Of a stretch of DNA of 64,000 nucleotides, positions 1 through 8,332 are shown one piece after another. Position 1 is the stretch's first letter. The number at the start of each line of letters is the position of its first letter. Position numbers and translations under genes: made by a program. The stretch spans positions 50,743 to 114,742 of the forward strand of contig JABJNO010000017.1 in assembly GCA_018664825.1 (NCBI GenBank), in the 5' to 3' direction. Below the pieces are notes generated by a model. The model had not been told where the DNA came from. It made no database searches and saw nothing but the letters and a program-made list of their open reading frames with translations. This DNA comes from Candidatus Parcubacteria bacterium. GTDB lineage: Bacteria > Patescibacteriota > Patescibacteriia > UBA1558 > GWA2-36-10.

Positions 1-297
1 CTTGAAATCATCGGTTCCCATAAAATCTACAAACATCTTCTCCAACTTTTTTATATTTTTTATTCCTAAAGTGTTAAATGATAATTCAAAATTCCTATAT
101 AAATTGCCAGTCAGAAAAAACTTTTCAATTTCTGCTCCTGTCCTACCAGCACTATAAAAAGCACCTATCAAAGCACCGATACTACAGCCAGATATAGCAC
201 TAAATTTATAATTTAGCTGATCCAAAACTTTTAAGACACCAATATGGGCTATTCCCCTGACGCCTCCTCCTGATAATACTAGTCCTACTTTTTTCAT
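1..297 (-). CDS. Patatin-like phospholipase (partial, runs off window start)
   Basis: Manual translation from ATG 297: MKKVGLVLSGGGVRGIAHIGVLK...SGCSIGA, with the glycine-rich oxyanion motif and GxSxG. Confidence 0.85.
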   Translation of the reverse strand, partial: MKKVGLVLSGGGVRGIAHIGVLKVLDQLNYKFSAISGCSIGALIGAFYSAGRTGAEIEKFFLTGNLYRNFELSFNTLGIKNIKKLEKMFVDFMGTDDFK

Positions 298-311
298 ATC
301 TTTATTAAAAT

Positions 312-662
312 TTATACTATTTGTTTAACAAAAAAATCCACGTCTTTGTCTTTTATGTCTGCTGTAGATGTGATTTTTAGATGCCGACGAAATTTTCCTG
401 TGCCCTCCAATATAGTTTTTGGATCTTTCATTTTGAAACCATGAGAAAATTCAAAAGAAACATGTTTTTTACTTGCAAAAAGACCACCAAAATCATCGGC
501 TAAAGAAAACATAATACCGCCATACATTATCCTTTCTTTTACCTTTGGATGTTGTTTGAAAACAATATCACGTAATTTTCGTAAAATATTAAATTTCTCA
601 TCATCAAGCGTCATCATGTCCGAAAGAAACTTATTAACTTGTTCATTTTTCGATTTTTTCAT
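312..662 (-). CDS. DUF1801/YdhG-like protein
   Basis: 116 aa; ERIMYGG...FASKKHVSFEF...LEGTGKFRRHLKI pattern. Confidence 0.75.
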   Translation of the reverse strand: MKKSKNEQVNKFLSDMMTLDDEKFNILRKLRDIVFKQHPKVKERIMYGGIMFSLADDFGGLFASKKHVSFEFSHGFKMKDPKTILEGTGKFRRHLKITSTADIKDKDVDFFVKQIV

Positions 663-729
663 AATTTAAGTATAACAAAAAATCACCTGTTTATAAAGTG
701 AGTCTTTGAGGGTGTATTATGCTTGGTTT

Positions 730-1098
730 TTATAAAAAATTCTCCTGTATATATGAGACAATGCTTTGCAGGTTGGAATCTGACTTAACAAAATAATGCA
801 TAACATTGTACTTTTTTGCAACACCTCTATCTTCTTCTTGACCTAAATTAGAGACAATAATTACTGGTGTTTCATTTTTGTCTTCCCGTATCTTTTGAAG
901 AAATGCGAAGCCATCCATTTTTGGCATAATGATATCCAATAATATCAAGTCAAATTTATCAGACTCCAGCTCCTTGACGGCCTCTGTACCATTGGCAGCT
1001 ATAGTGACAAGGAAATTTTCTTTTTGTAACTTAGCAGAAAGAACCTTTGATAAGCTTGCTTCATCCTCTACTACTAATATTTTTAATTTTTTGGACAT
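730..1098 (-). CDS. Single-domain response regulator receiver
   Basis: ILVVED, DLILLDIIMPKMDG, VIIVSN, YFVK motifs. Confidence 0.9.
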   Translation of the reverse strand: MSKKLKILVVEDEASLSKVLSAKLQKENFLVTIAANGTEAVKELESDKFDLILLDIIMPKMDGFAFLQKIREDKNETPVIIVSNLGQEEDRGVAKKYNVMHYFVKSDSNLQSIVSYIQENFL

Positions 1099-1159
1099 AT
1101 GTATAATAAGATTAATAACTCTAGTATAGCAAAAAACAATACATTTGACTACATTATTA

Positions 1160-1230
1160 TTGACAAAACCCCATCAAAAGTGTTAGTTTGTAATGTCCGT
1201 TAAATTGAATAGTTCATTAAAAAAGGAGAG
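1160..1230 (+). promoter_or_regulatory. Sigma70-type promoter, boxA-like motif and SD for the ClpP-like gene
   Basis: TTGACA 1160, TG-n-TAGTTT 1181-1189, AGTTCATTAAAA 1211, AAGGAG about 1223. Confidence 0.55.
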
Positions 1231-1234
1231 AAAA

Positions 1235-1780
1235 ATGTCAAAAGAACTGACAAGAGACGAGTTTGCTTTGTTGAAACAGGGAATCATTAGTATACGAGGA
1301 GAAATCACCACAGATACTCTTGATTATATGGAGTCTTGTATGCTCAATTTGGCTATTGTGGGAAATCCAGATATAGAGATCTGGTTTGCTAGCCACGGTG
1401 GCGATATCGAAGTAGGCGTTTGCATATTTGATATGATTCGTTTGTATCCGGGAGTGGTTACTGGTTATGTAGTTTCTTATGCTTATTCTTCTGCCGCTAT
1501 CATCCTCCAGGCCTGTGACTATAGAGTTGCGAGTCCTTCCTCTAGATTGATGATACACAACTGTAGTCTTACCAGAACCTATACCTACGATCAGATAAAA
1601 AAGGGTCTGATACCCAAAAAATCTATGAGCGTTATCGCTGAACCTCAAAAGAGAATAATTAGTATTCTAAAGGATGTGACAGGCCTAACAACTCAAGAGA
1701 TTCGCAAGATTCTCAAGCGGGGAGAAGTTGTCTCTGCCAAGGAAGCTAAGCGCATAGGGCTATTGGATGAAATACAATAA
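1235..1780 (+). CDS. Divergent ClpP-family protease subunit
   Basis: IRGEI, ASHGGD, AYSSAAII (Ser), LMIH (His), SAKEAKRIGLLDEI; start moved to ATG 1235 after the SD. Confidence 0.8.
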   Translation: MSKELTRDEFALLKQGIISIRGEITTDTLDYMESCMLNLAIVGNPDIEIWFASHGGDIEVGVCIFDMIRLYPGVVTGYVVSYAYSSAAIILQACDYRVASPSSRLMIHNCSLTRTYTYDQIKKGLIPKKSMSVIAEPQKRIISILKDVTGLTTQEIRKILKRGEVVSAKEAKRIGLLDEIQ

Positions 1781-1792
1781 TCTCTCTATTTC

Positions 1793-1824
1793 AAAAGGTC
1801 TAGGATTTTATCCTAGACCTTTTT
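1793..1824. terminator. Bidirectional intrinsic terminator
   Basis: AAAAGGTCTAGGA-tttta-TCCTAGACCTTTT. Confidence 0.8.
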
Positions 1825-1829
1825 ATTTT

Positions 1830-1877
1830 TGGCAGATTCATTGGGATTGCCACGTCGCTTTGCTCCTCGCAATGACG
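1830..1877. repeat. REP/RPE-like palindromic repeat, intergenic copy
   Basis: 46/48 nt identical to 2088-2135; core GATTGCCACGTCGCTTTGCTCCTCGCAATGAC. Confidence 0.85.
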
Positions 1878-1949
1878 GGAATCTAAAGTATATTTGCACT
1901 ACAAATCAATTCATTATTTTTATATACAGCTAGTACTTGACCGGAGGCT

Positions 1950-1970
1950 ACCCATTCGACTACGCTCAGG
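1950..1970. repeat. Second REP-like hairpin type
   Basis: ACCC-ATTCGACTACGCTCA-GGGT, GC-rich in AT-rich intergenic DNA. Confidence 0.45.
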
Positions 1971-1983
1971 GTCTCTAAGTAAC

Positions 1984-3075
1984 CTATAATATCTTGCCAC
2001 TAGCAATAAGTTCGTCTTTTTTATAGATTGCTAGTATCTGACCTGATGCGACTCCTTTTTGTGGAGTTTTGAAGGTGGCGGTGTACATGGCAGATTCATT
2101 GGGATTGCCGCGTCGCTCTGCTCCTCGCAATGACGTTATTGTGACGTCTTGTTCGGCTTGTCTATATCTTATCTGAGCCTTGGCTTTGAGGGGTAATTTA
2201 TGTTCTTTGCCCAACCAGTGTAAGTCAGAAATTTGTACAGTTTTGTTGTACAGTTTTTCGTCATCAACATGCCCGACAATCAGCTTGTTGTTTTTTATAT
2301 CTTTGGTGACTACATACCAGGGGCCAGATCCTCCGATGTCCAGACCTTTGCGTTGGCCTATTGTATAGTACCAGACACCTTGGTGTGTACCCAGTACATT
2401 GCCATCGGTATCTACTATATCCCCTACTTTGGGTTTTATTTTTTGTTGGAGAAAAGTTTTGAGATCTACTTTACCGATAAAGCAAATACCTTGTGAGTCT
2501 TTGCGGTCGGCATTTGGTAGTTTGGCCTTGGTCGCTATCTTTCTGACTTCTGGTTTGATTATCTCTCCGATTGGAAACATTGTATAAGCTAGTTGGTCTT
2601 GAGTCAGCCCAGAAAGGAAGTAGGACTGATCTTTGTTTGGATCTTGGCCACGCAAGAGATGGAAATCATCCTCATCCTCTGTCACTTTGGCATAATGCCC
2701 CATAGCTATTTTATCAAAACCGAGTTCTTTGGCTTTTTTGAGGAAAAGTTTGAACTTGATTTCATTGTTGCATAGGATATCTGGATTTGGGGTCAGGCCA
2801 GCTTGGTAGCTATCAAAAATATAATCAACTATATGTTTGTGATATTGTTTTTCAAAATCAAGAGTTTGGATAGGTATGTCTAGATGAGCGGCTACTCGAT
2901 AGGCCATCAGGCGGTCTTCTTTCCATGGGCACTCACCTTTTATGTTTACAGACTCAGAAAAACACTTCATATAAGCAGCCTCTACTTGGTAGCCTTGCTC
3001 TTTGAGCAGATACAAAGCAACGGCGGAGTCTACTCCACCAGAAAGGCCTACTAGGATTTTTTGTTTTTTGGTCAT
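1984..3075 (-). CDS. mnmA: tRNA 2-thiouridine(34) synthase MnmA
   Basis: SGGVDS, TPNPDILCN, KDQSYFL, DSQGICFIG, YTIGQRKG; likely start ATG 3075. Confidence 0.97.
   Translation of the reverse strand: MTKKQKILVGLSGGVDSAVALYLLKEQGYQVEAAYMKCFSESVNIKGECPWKEDRLMAYRVAAHLDIPIQTLDFEKQYHKHIVDYIFDSYQAGLTPNPDILCNNEIKFKLFLKKAKELGFDKIAMGHYAKVTEDEDDFHLLRGQDPNKDQSYFLSGLTQDQLAYTMFPIGEIIKPEVRKIATKAKLPNADRKDSQGICFIGKVDLKTFLQQKIKPKVGDIVDTDGNVLGTHQGVWYYTIGQRKGLDIGGSGPWYVVTKDIKNNKLIVGHVDDEKLYNKTVQISDLHWLGKEHKLPLKAKAQIRYRQAEQDVTITSLRGAERRGNPNESAMYTATFKTPQKGVASGQILAIYKKDELIASGKIL
2088..2135. repeat. REP/RPE-like repeat inserted in-frame in mnmA
   Basis: Near-identical to 1830-1877; encodes TSLRGAERRGNPNESA. Confidence 0.8.
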
Positions 3076-3090
3076 TGTTTTACTATCTAC

Positions 3091-3199
3091 CGTCACTGCG
3101 AGTATATTATTGTTCGAGCTTGTCGAGAACTAAACTTCTCGATGCGCTTCGCTTACTCGAAGAATAAAAGATTTTGTTTCGTTTACTCGAAGAGTAAAG
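3091..3199. repeat. Cluster of palindromic REP-like motifs downstream of the GIY-YIG gene
   Basis: GTCACTGCGAG, TTCGAGCTTGTCGAGAA, CTTCTCGATGCGCTTCGCTTACTCGAAG and a second TTCG.TTACTCGAAGA. Confidence 0.55.
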
Positions 3200-3201
3200 A
3201 G

Positions 3202-3489
3202 TTATTGGATTTTACCCCACTTACCTTTAATTAATTTTTCTTTTTTACTTCTATTCCAATTTTTGATTTGTTTTTCTCTATACCTAGCACATTCAAAGTC
3301 TTCATAGAGTTCCACGTATACAATTTGTTTTATACCATGCTTTGCAGTAAATTTTGAACCTAAACCACTTAGATGTTGGTCATAACGTTTACTTAAATCA
3401 TTTGTCATACCAACATAATATAAACTGTCTAAACATTCAATTATGTATACATACCAATTATTTTTTTGTCTCACCTCGTTAGAAATCAT
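3202..3489 (-). CDS. Stand-alone GIY-YIG nuclease
   Basis: WYVYII...YYVGMT.DL.KR..QH...RE.QIK.W.R.KK. Confidence 0.92.
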   Translation of the reverse strand: MISNEVRQKNNWYVYIIECLDSLYYVGMTNDLSKRYDQHLSGLGSKFTAKHGIKQIVYVELYEDFECARYREKQIKNWNRSKKEKLIKGKWGKIQ

Positions 3490-3609
3490 AGTAAAATAAA
3501 TTAATTATATTTCTTACGGGGTTTTATATATCTTTACAAAATATAGATTGTTTGTTAAGTTATGCGGGTCAAATGTTGTTTTTAAAACTCAAAACTCGGA
3601 GGTAACAAA

Positions 3610-3879
3610 ATGAATAAAGCGTTTCATATTGTACTGTTTTTACTACTAGGAGTCGTTGGTCCAGGTTTTTTGGCTCTCAATCTCAATCTCGGAAGGGAAT
3701 CTTTGGAAATTAGTAGATTAGCTGGTCTAATCTCTGTATTTGGCGTAGGTTCTATGGCCATGTTTCTCTATATTTCCATCCATTATTTTGTTTATAGATG
3801 TGAGCCCAATCAGGAACTTTCTAGATGGATAGGTATCTTATCTATCGTTTGTTTTTTACTTCCCAGTACAAATTTTTGA
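3610..3879 (+). CDS. Small membrane hypothetical protein (about 3 TM)
   Basis: Own promoter (TTTACA 3533-N17-TAAGTT), SD GGAGG and terminator; hydrophobic. Confidence 0.65.
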   Translation: MNKAFHIVLFLLLGVVGPGFLALNLNLGRESLEISRLAGLISVFGVGSMAMFLYISIHYFVYRCEPNQELSRWIGILSIVCFLLPSTNF

Positions 3880-3887
3880 GTTCAGAT

Positions 3888-3915
3888 AGCCAACCATCTT
3901 TATGGTTGGCTTTTT
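3888..3915. terminator. Intrinsic terminator
   Basis: AGCCAACCAT-cttt-ATGGTTGGCT followed by T-run. Confidence 0.75.
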
Positions 3916-3918
3916 ATT

Positions 3919-4198
3919 TTATTCTTCATCACCAAGCGCTTCATCGGCTAGTTTATCGAGATCTTCATTTTGCATACTACGCATAATAGTATTGAGCATA
4001 TCTCGTTTCATTTGTTCTCCTTTTTCAGGAGTGATATCGGCTAGTTGACGCTTGATAATCTCACGAGCTTTTTGATCGGCTTCATCGGCTAGTTTTTTTT
4101 CAGCCTCGGTGGCTAGTTTTTTTTTCAGCCTCATCTTCCAAATCATCCAAGATTTCATTTACTTGCCTTGATTCATTTGGATTATCAAAATTTTCCAT
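3919..4198 (-). pseudogene. Small acidic helical protein coupled to clpB, with a frameshift in an A9 tract
   Basis: ATG overlaps the clpB stop (TAATG): [27 protein letters not shown]; A8 instead of A9 at 4117-4125 would join it to ...LATEAEKKLADEA... Confidence 0.65.
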
Positions 4199-6774
4199 TA
4201 TTTTATGGTTATTTTATTTTTATCAACGCTTATCTTTATTTTAGCATTTTCTGGGATTTTATTCTCTATAATACGCAAAGCAAGTTCATCCAAGATTTCG
4301 CTTTGGATCAAGCGTTTGAGTGGACGAGCACCAAACTGAGGATCAAATCCTTTTTTACCCAGATACTCGTAAACTGATTTATCAAACTCAAGGTTTATTT
4401 TTTTATTGTTTTGTAGTCTCTTGGCTACCATGTTGAGCTGGAGATCCACAATCTTTGTAATATCATCTTGAGATAATGAATGAAAAACAATCATATCGTC
4501 TAGACGATTGAGAAATTCTGGCTTGAAAGTATTTTTCATCAAGCCGTCGATTTGTTTGCGTAAGTTTTCATCTATTTTACCTTTGGCTTCTAGTATCAGA
4601 TCAGTACCTACATTTGAAGTCATGATAATGACAGTATTTTTGAAATTGACTGTTCTACCTTTGGCATCTGTCAGTCTACCGTCATCTAGTACTTGGAGCA
4701 AGATATTGAATACTTCGGGATGAGCTTTTTCTATTTCATCAAACAAAATTACAGAATATGGTCTACGACGGACAGCCTCGGTCAACTGACCACCTTCGTC
4801 ATATCCTACATATCCTGGAGGTGAACCGATCAATCTAGCGACGCTATGTTTTTCCATATATTCAGACATATCGATACGGATCATAGCTTCTTCTGAGCTA
4901 AACATAAATTCGGCCAGAGCTTTGGCGGTCTCGGTTTTGCCTACTCCGGTCGGTCCTAGGAATATAAAGCTACCAATAGGCTTGGTTTCCTCATTTATAC
5001 CAGCTCTAGAGCGTCTGACAGCGTTTGATACGGCCTTTATGGCCTCAGATTGACCAATTACCCTATTGCCCATATTTTGCTCCATTTTGGCCAATTTTGC
5101 GGTTTCTGACTCCAGCATTTTGTCGACTGGTACACCAGTCCAGCGAGAGACAACTTTGGCAATATCATTGGCTTCGACTTCTTCTTTGAGTAGTCTATTT
5201 TCAGTATTTATTTTGTTTAGTTTGGCAGTGTTGGCTTTTGTTTTCTTTTCTAGTTCAGGGATTTTGCCATAAGTGATTTCGGCTACTTTATTGAGCTCAC
5301 CGTCACGTTCGTATTTTTCAGCTTGAGCTTTGAGCTCTTCGATTTCTTTGGAAAATTTTTGGTTGCCATCAATCAAGTCTTTTTCGTTTTTCCACAAAAG
5401 TTCTAGTGATCTTTCTTGTTCTTTGAAATCAGCTAGCTGTTTGTCTATTTTTTTGAGTTCTTCTTTGTTTGATTTTTTATCTTTTTTCAAAGCTGCTTTG
5501 GATATTTCTAGTGAAGTGATTTTTCTTTTCAAAACATCTAGTTCAGTAGGTAGGCTGTCTATTTCTATTTTCAAAGCAGAAGTAGCTTCGTCTATCAGAT
5601 CAATAGCCTTGTCAGGTAAAAATCTATCAGTAATATATTTTTGGGATAGGTCTACGGCAGATAGGATTGCTTCGTCAGTAATATGGACACCGTGGTGGAC
5701 TTCGTATTTTTCTTTGAGACCACGGAGGATGTTGACCGTATCTTCAGAACTAGGCTCGCCGACATAGACAGGTTGAAAGCGTCTTTCGAGGGCAGCGTCT
5801 TTTTCGATATATTTTTGGTATTCTTTGAGAGTAGTTGCACCGATTGCATGTAGCTCACCGCGAGCTAGGGCTGGTTTGAGCATATTGCTGGCATCCATAG
5901 AGCCTTCGGCTCCACCAGCTCCAACGATAGTATGTAGCTCATCCATAAACAAGATCACTCCTCCTTGGGAATCTTGGATTTCTTTGAGGACTGTTTTGAG
6001 TCTATCTTCAAACTCACCTCTATATTTTGTACCTGCCAAAAGCAAGCCCATGTCTAGGGAAAGTAATTTTTTGTTTTTTAGAGATTCTGGTACATCGCCA
6101 GCGATGATTCTTTGGGCTAGTCCTTCTACTATAGCTGTCTTACCAGTACCGGGTTCACCGATCAAAACTGGGTTGTTTTTTGTGCGACGAGAAAGTACTT
6201 GCATTACTCTGCGAATCTCTTCGTCACGACCAATCACAGGATCTAGTTTTGAATCACTAGCTTGTTTGGTCATGTCGATTGTATATTTTTCCAAAGCTTG
6301 GATTTTGTTTTCAGGATTTTGGTCTGTAACTTTCATATTTCCTCTGACATCTTTCAGGATAGCCAAAAGTTTGTTTAAATCAAAATTGTCTTTGGCCAAA
6401 ATATCTTGGGCTATTTTAGAATTTTTGAGTAATGAGATCAAAAGATGTTCAACGCTCAAAAACTCATCTTTCATATCAGCTTTTTCATCTTCAGCATTTT
6501 TGAGTATTTTTTGAGTTTCTATAGATAAAGCTGGTTGAGCATCTTGTTCAACAACGGCCAGTTTGATGAGTTCTGCATCAGTAGTAATCAAAACACTATT
6601 TATATCAAGCTCAGCTTTTTCCCAGACTGACATTGCCATAGTATTTTTGGTACTAAGCAAAGACCACAAGACATGCAGTGGATCAATCTGGCTATTTTTT
6701 AGCTCCAAAGTTTTGCTATAGGCTGCTTGGATTACTTCGGCTAATTTCTCAGTTATGTTATTTGGATTTATCAT
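4198..6774 (-). CDS. clpB: ATP-dependent chaperone ClpB
   Basis: 858 aa; two AAA+ domains ([16 protein letters not shown]), coiled-coil middle domain. Confidence 0.96.
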   Translation of the reverse strand: MINPNNITEKLAEVIQAAYSKTLELKNSQIDPLHVLWSLLSTKNTMAMSVWEKAELDINSVLITTDAELIKLAVVEQDAQPALSIETQKILKNAEDEKADMKDEFLSVEHLLISLLKNSKIAQDILAKDNFDLNKLLAILKDVRGNMKVTDQNPENKIQALEKYTIDMTKQASDSKLDPVIGRDEEIRRVMQVLSRRTKNNPVLIGEPGTGKTAIVEGLAQRIIAGDVPESLKNKKLLSLDMGLLLAGTKYRGEFEDRLKTVLKEIQDSQGGVILFMDELHTIVGAGGAEGSMDASNMLKPALARGELHAIGATTLKEYQKYIEKDAALERRFQPVYVGEPSSEDTVNILRGLKEKYEVHHGVHITDEAILSAVDLSQKYITDRFLPDKAIDLIDEATSALKIEIDSLPTELDVLKRKITSLEISKAALKKDKKSNKEELKKIDKQLADFKEQERSLELLWKNEKDLIDGNQKFSKEIEELKAQAEKYERDGELNKVAEITYGKIPELEKKTKANTAKLNKINTENRLLKEEVEANDIAKVVSRWTGVPVDKMLESETAKLAKMEQNMGNRVIGQSEAIKAVSNAVRRSRAGINEETKPIGSFIFLGPTGVGKTETAKALAEFMFSSEEAMIRIDMSEYMEKHSVARLIGSPPGYVGYDEGGQLTEAVRRRPYSVILFDEIEKAHPEVFNILLQVLDDGRLTDAKGRTVNFKNTVIIMTSNVGTDLILEAKGKIDENLRKQIDGLMKNTFKPEFLNRLDDMIVFHSLSQDDITKIVDLQLNMVAKRLQNNKKINLEFDKSVYEYLGKKGFDPQFGARPLKRLIQSEILDELALRIIENKIPENAKIKISVDKNKITIK

Positions 6775-6835
6775 AATTTATTTTAGTATTAGATATTATA
6801 GTAATTATTGAGAAATATGTCAAGGATTTTGGCAC

Positions 6836-6844
6836 TTATCCACA
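6836..6844 (+). promoter_or_regulatory. Consensus DnaA box
   Basis: TTATCCACA in the divergent promoter region upstream of clpB. Confidence 0.45.
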
Positions 6845-6849
6845 GATTT

Positions 6850-6923
6850 TTGACAAAATGCTGTATTTATTGTAATTTATGAATCTAGGTGTCCTTTAAA
6901 ACTTTATCATCACAACCAAGGAG
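6850..6923 (+). promoter_or_regulatory. Sigma70 promoter, boxA-like motif and SD
   Basis: TTGACA 6850-N17-TAATTT, TGTCCTTTAAAA 6890, AAGGAG 6918. Confidence 0.6.
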
Positions 6924-6929
6924 TGAAAC

Positions 6930-7256
6930 ATGGGAAAATTTCCTAAGATCCCCGAAACACAAGATTGTCCAATGACTTATGGTTATGGTCAAGCAGAAAT
7001 CGATCTTCCAAACCTCAAAATGGGCCTTGTCAAAGAAATGATGGATGGTGCTGGTTATGCGACCGACAATGGAATACCAACTAGAAAAAACGGTGAACTT
7101 GTAGGTTGGGTACTTACCATCATGTATGAGCCCGAAAGAGAAACGGATTTTCTAGAAGACCTTCGCGTAGCCTGTCTACGCAACAGCCTGGTAGTCATAG
7201 CCGAAGTTCATACACCCATCAATGCAGAAGGAGATGAAGATGGCCAAAGAGTTTGA
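6930..7256 (+). CDS. Hypothetical protein
   Basis: 108 aa ORF with promoter and SD. Confidence 0.7.
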   Translation: MGKFPKIPETQDCPMTYGYGQAEIDLPNLKMGLVKEMMDGAGYATDNGIPTRKNGELVGWVLTIMYEPERETDFLEDLRVACLRNSLVVIAEVHTPINAEGDEDGQRV

Positions 7257-7539
7257 TTGTATAGTCTACATGAAGTCTATTCGTCTAGAAATCACCGTCC
7301 CGGTGACTTTTGTTTGGGAATTCATGTATGAGTTTGGCGAAGAGTTTGCTTTCAACAATCCCATGGAGGGAGGAAAGGACCATCACGCCGTTGATGACTA
7401 TCATGCTCATCCAAATGGATGGCACGTCATGGTCACTATCGCTCTCAACCAAGAAGAGCACTTCTACAAGTGGTTTGATGATTTTTGCAAAAAGCGTGAT
7501 ATCACTTTTCGTGGTCCCGATGATGATGATATGCTTTAG
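7240..7539 (+). CDS. Hypothetical protein
   Basis: Overlaps the upstream gene; AAGGAG upstream of the ATG; followed by a terminator. Confidence 0.7.
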   Translation: MAKEFDCIVYMKSIRLEITVPVTFVWEFMYEFGEEFAFNNPMEGGKDHHAVDDYHAHPNGWHVMVTIALNQEEHFYKWFDDFCKKRDITFRGPDDDDML

Positions 7540-7546
7540 TATAAAC

Positions 7547-7572
7547 AAGACCAGTCTTTTGACTGGTCTTTT
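7547..7572 (+). terminator. Intrinsic terminator that also contains the -35 of the next gene
   Basis: AAGACCAGTC-tttt-GACTGGTCTT-TT. Confidence 0.75.
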
Positions 7573-7630
7573 ATTTTGGTGTATCTTTATATCATATTGA
7601 TGTTTTTTTCAATGTCAAAGGAGGTGCACA

Positions 7631-7900
7631 ATGTGTACAGTCAAAGACAAGGACATTTTGATCGACATGGGTCATGTATTGGTCAAAATAGTTGTCTTGT
7701 CAAACATTGCTCAGGAAGTAGCTGCGGCGATCAGAATAGAAGGTAAGTTTTCCATCTACGCAGTGCTCAATCACGACGGCGGTCAGGTTCATATCCTGAT
7801 ATCTTTACGAAGTATTGATCGAGCTGCGCTTGATCAACATTTACGAAAGGTAGCTTCTGACCTGCGTTTGCGTCGAATTGGTCCACCGGAGACACCCTGA
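7631..7900 (+). CDS. Hypothetical protein
   Basis: 89 aa; SD AAGGAGGTG; own promoter and terminator. Confidence 0.65.
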   Translation: MCTVKDKDILIDMGHVLVKIVVLSNIAQEVAAAIRIEGKFSIYAVLNHDGGQVHILISLRSIDRAALDQHLRKVASDLRLRRIGPPETP

Positions 7901-7909
7901 GTAAAAAAT

Positions 7910-7940
7910 AAGCCCTTAACAAAATTGTTGAGGGCTTTTT
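7910..7940. terminator. Bidirectional terminator
   Basis: AAGCCCTTAACAA-aa-TTGTTGAGGGCTT between convergent genes. Confidence 0.75.
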
Positions 7941-7942
7941 AT

Positions 7943-8326
7943 TTATTTTATAAAATCAAAATGTTTGAGGACTGGTATTATATTTGGGCCTAGCTTGTCG
8001 GGTAGATTGTCCAAATCGTGCCAATTCCATTCGCGGATGTCTGCACTTGGTTTTATCTCCCCTATTCTCTTGGCCAAAAAATGCACCAAGATTATATCCA
8101 TATTATCTTTGCTAGCATAGGTAATAAAAGGAGTGTTATCGATTATTTCTATATCAATCCCTAGTTCTTCCTTGGCTTTTCTTTTGGCAGTATCAATCAG
8201 GTTTTCTTCAAGGTCATTTACTCGTCCGCCGCAGAATTTCCAAAAATCAGTATCACCATGATTATCCAGTAGCACCTTGTTGTTTTCTACTATGACTGGC
8301 CCTGAGGCAATTATTATTTTTGGCAT
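7943..8326 (-). CDS. NUDIX hydrolase
   Basis: WKFCGGRV.D.EE.LIDTAKRKAKEELG Nudix box variant. Confidence 0.85.
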   Translation of the reverse strand: MPKIIIASGPVIVENNKVLLDNHGDTDFWKFCGGRVNDLEENLIDTAKRKAKEELGIDIEIIDNTPFITYASKDNMDIILVHFLAKRIGEIKPSADIREWNWHDLDNLPDKLGPNIIPVLKHFDFIK

Positions 8327-8332
8327 ATATTT

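Noticed and set aside
4508-6514. Long plus-strand ORFs opposite clpB (e.g. 5825..6514) and similar shadow ORFs opposite mreB, frr, hydA and others
   Set aside because: Antisense shadows of conserved genes, with no SD or promoter and no motifs
6829-6855. CIRCE element upstream of clpB
   Set aside because: Only the left half (TTGGCACTT) resembles TTAGCACTC; there is no matching right arm
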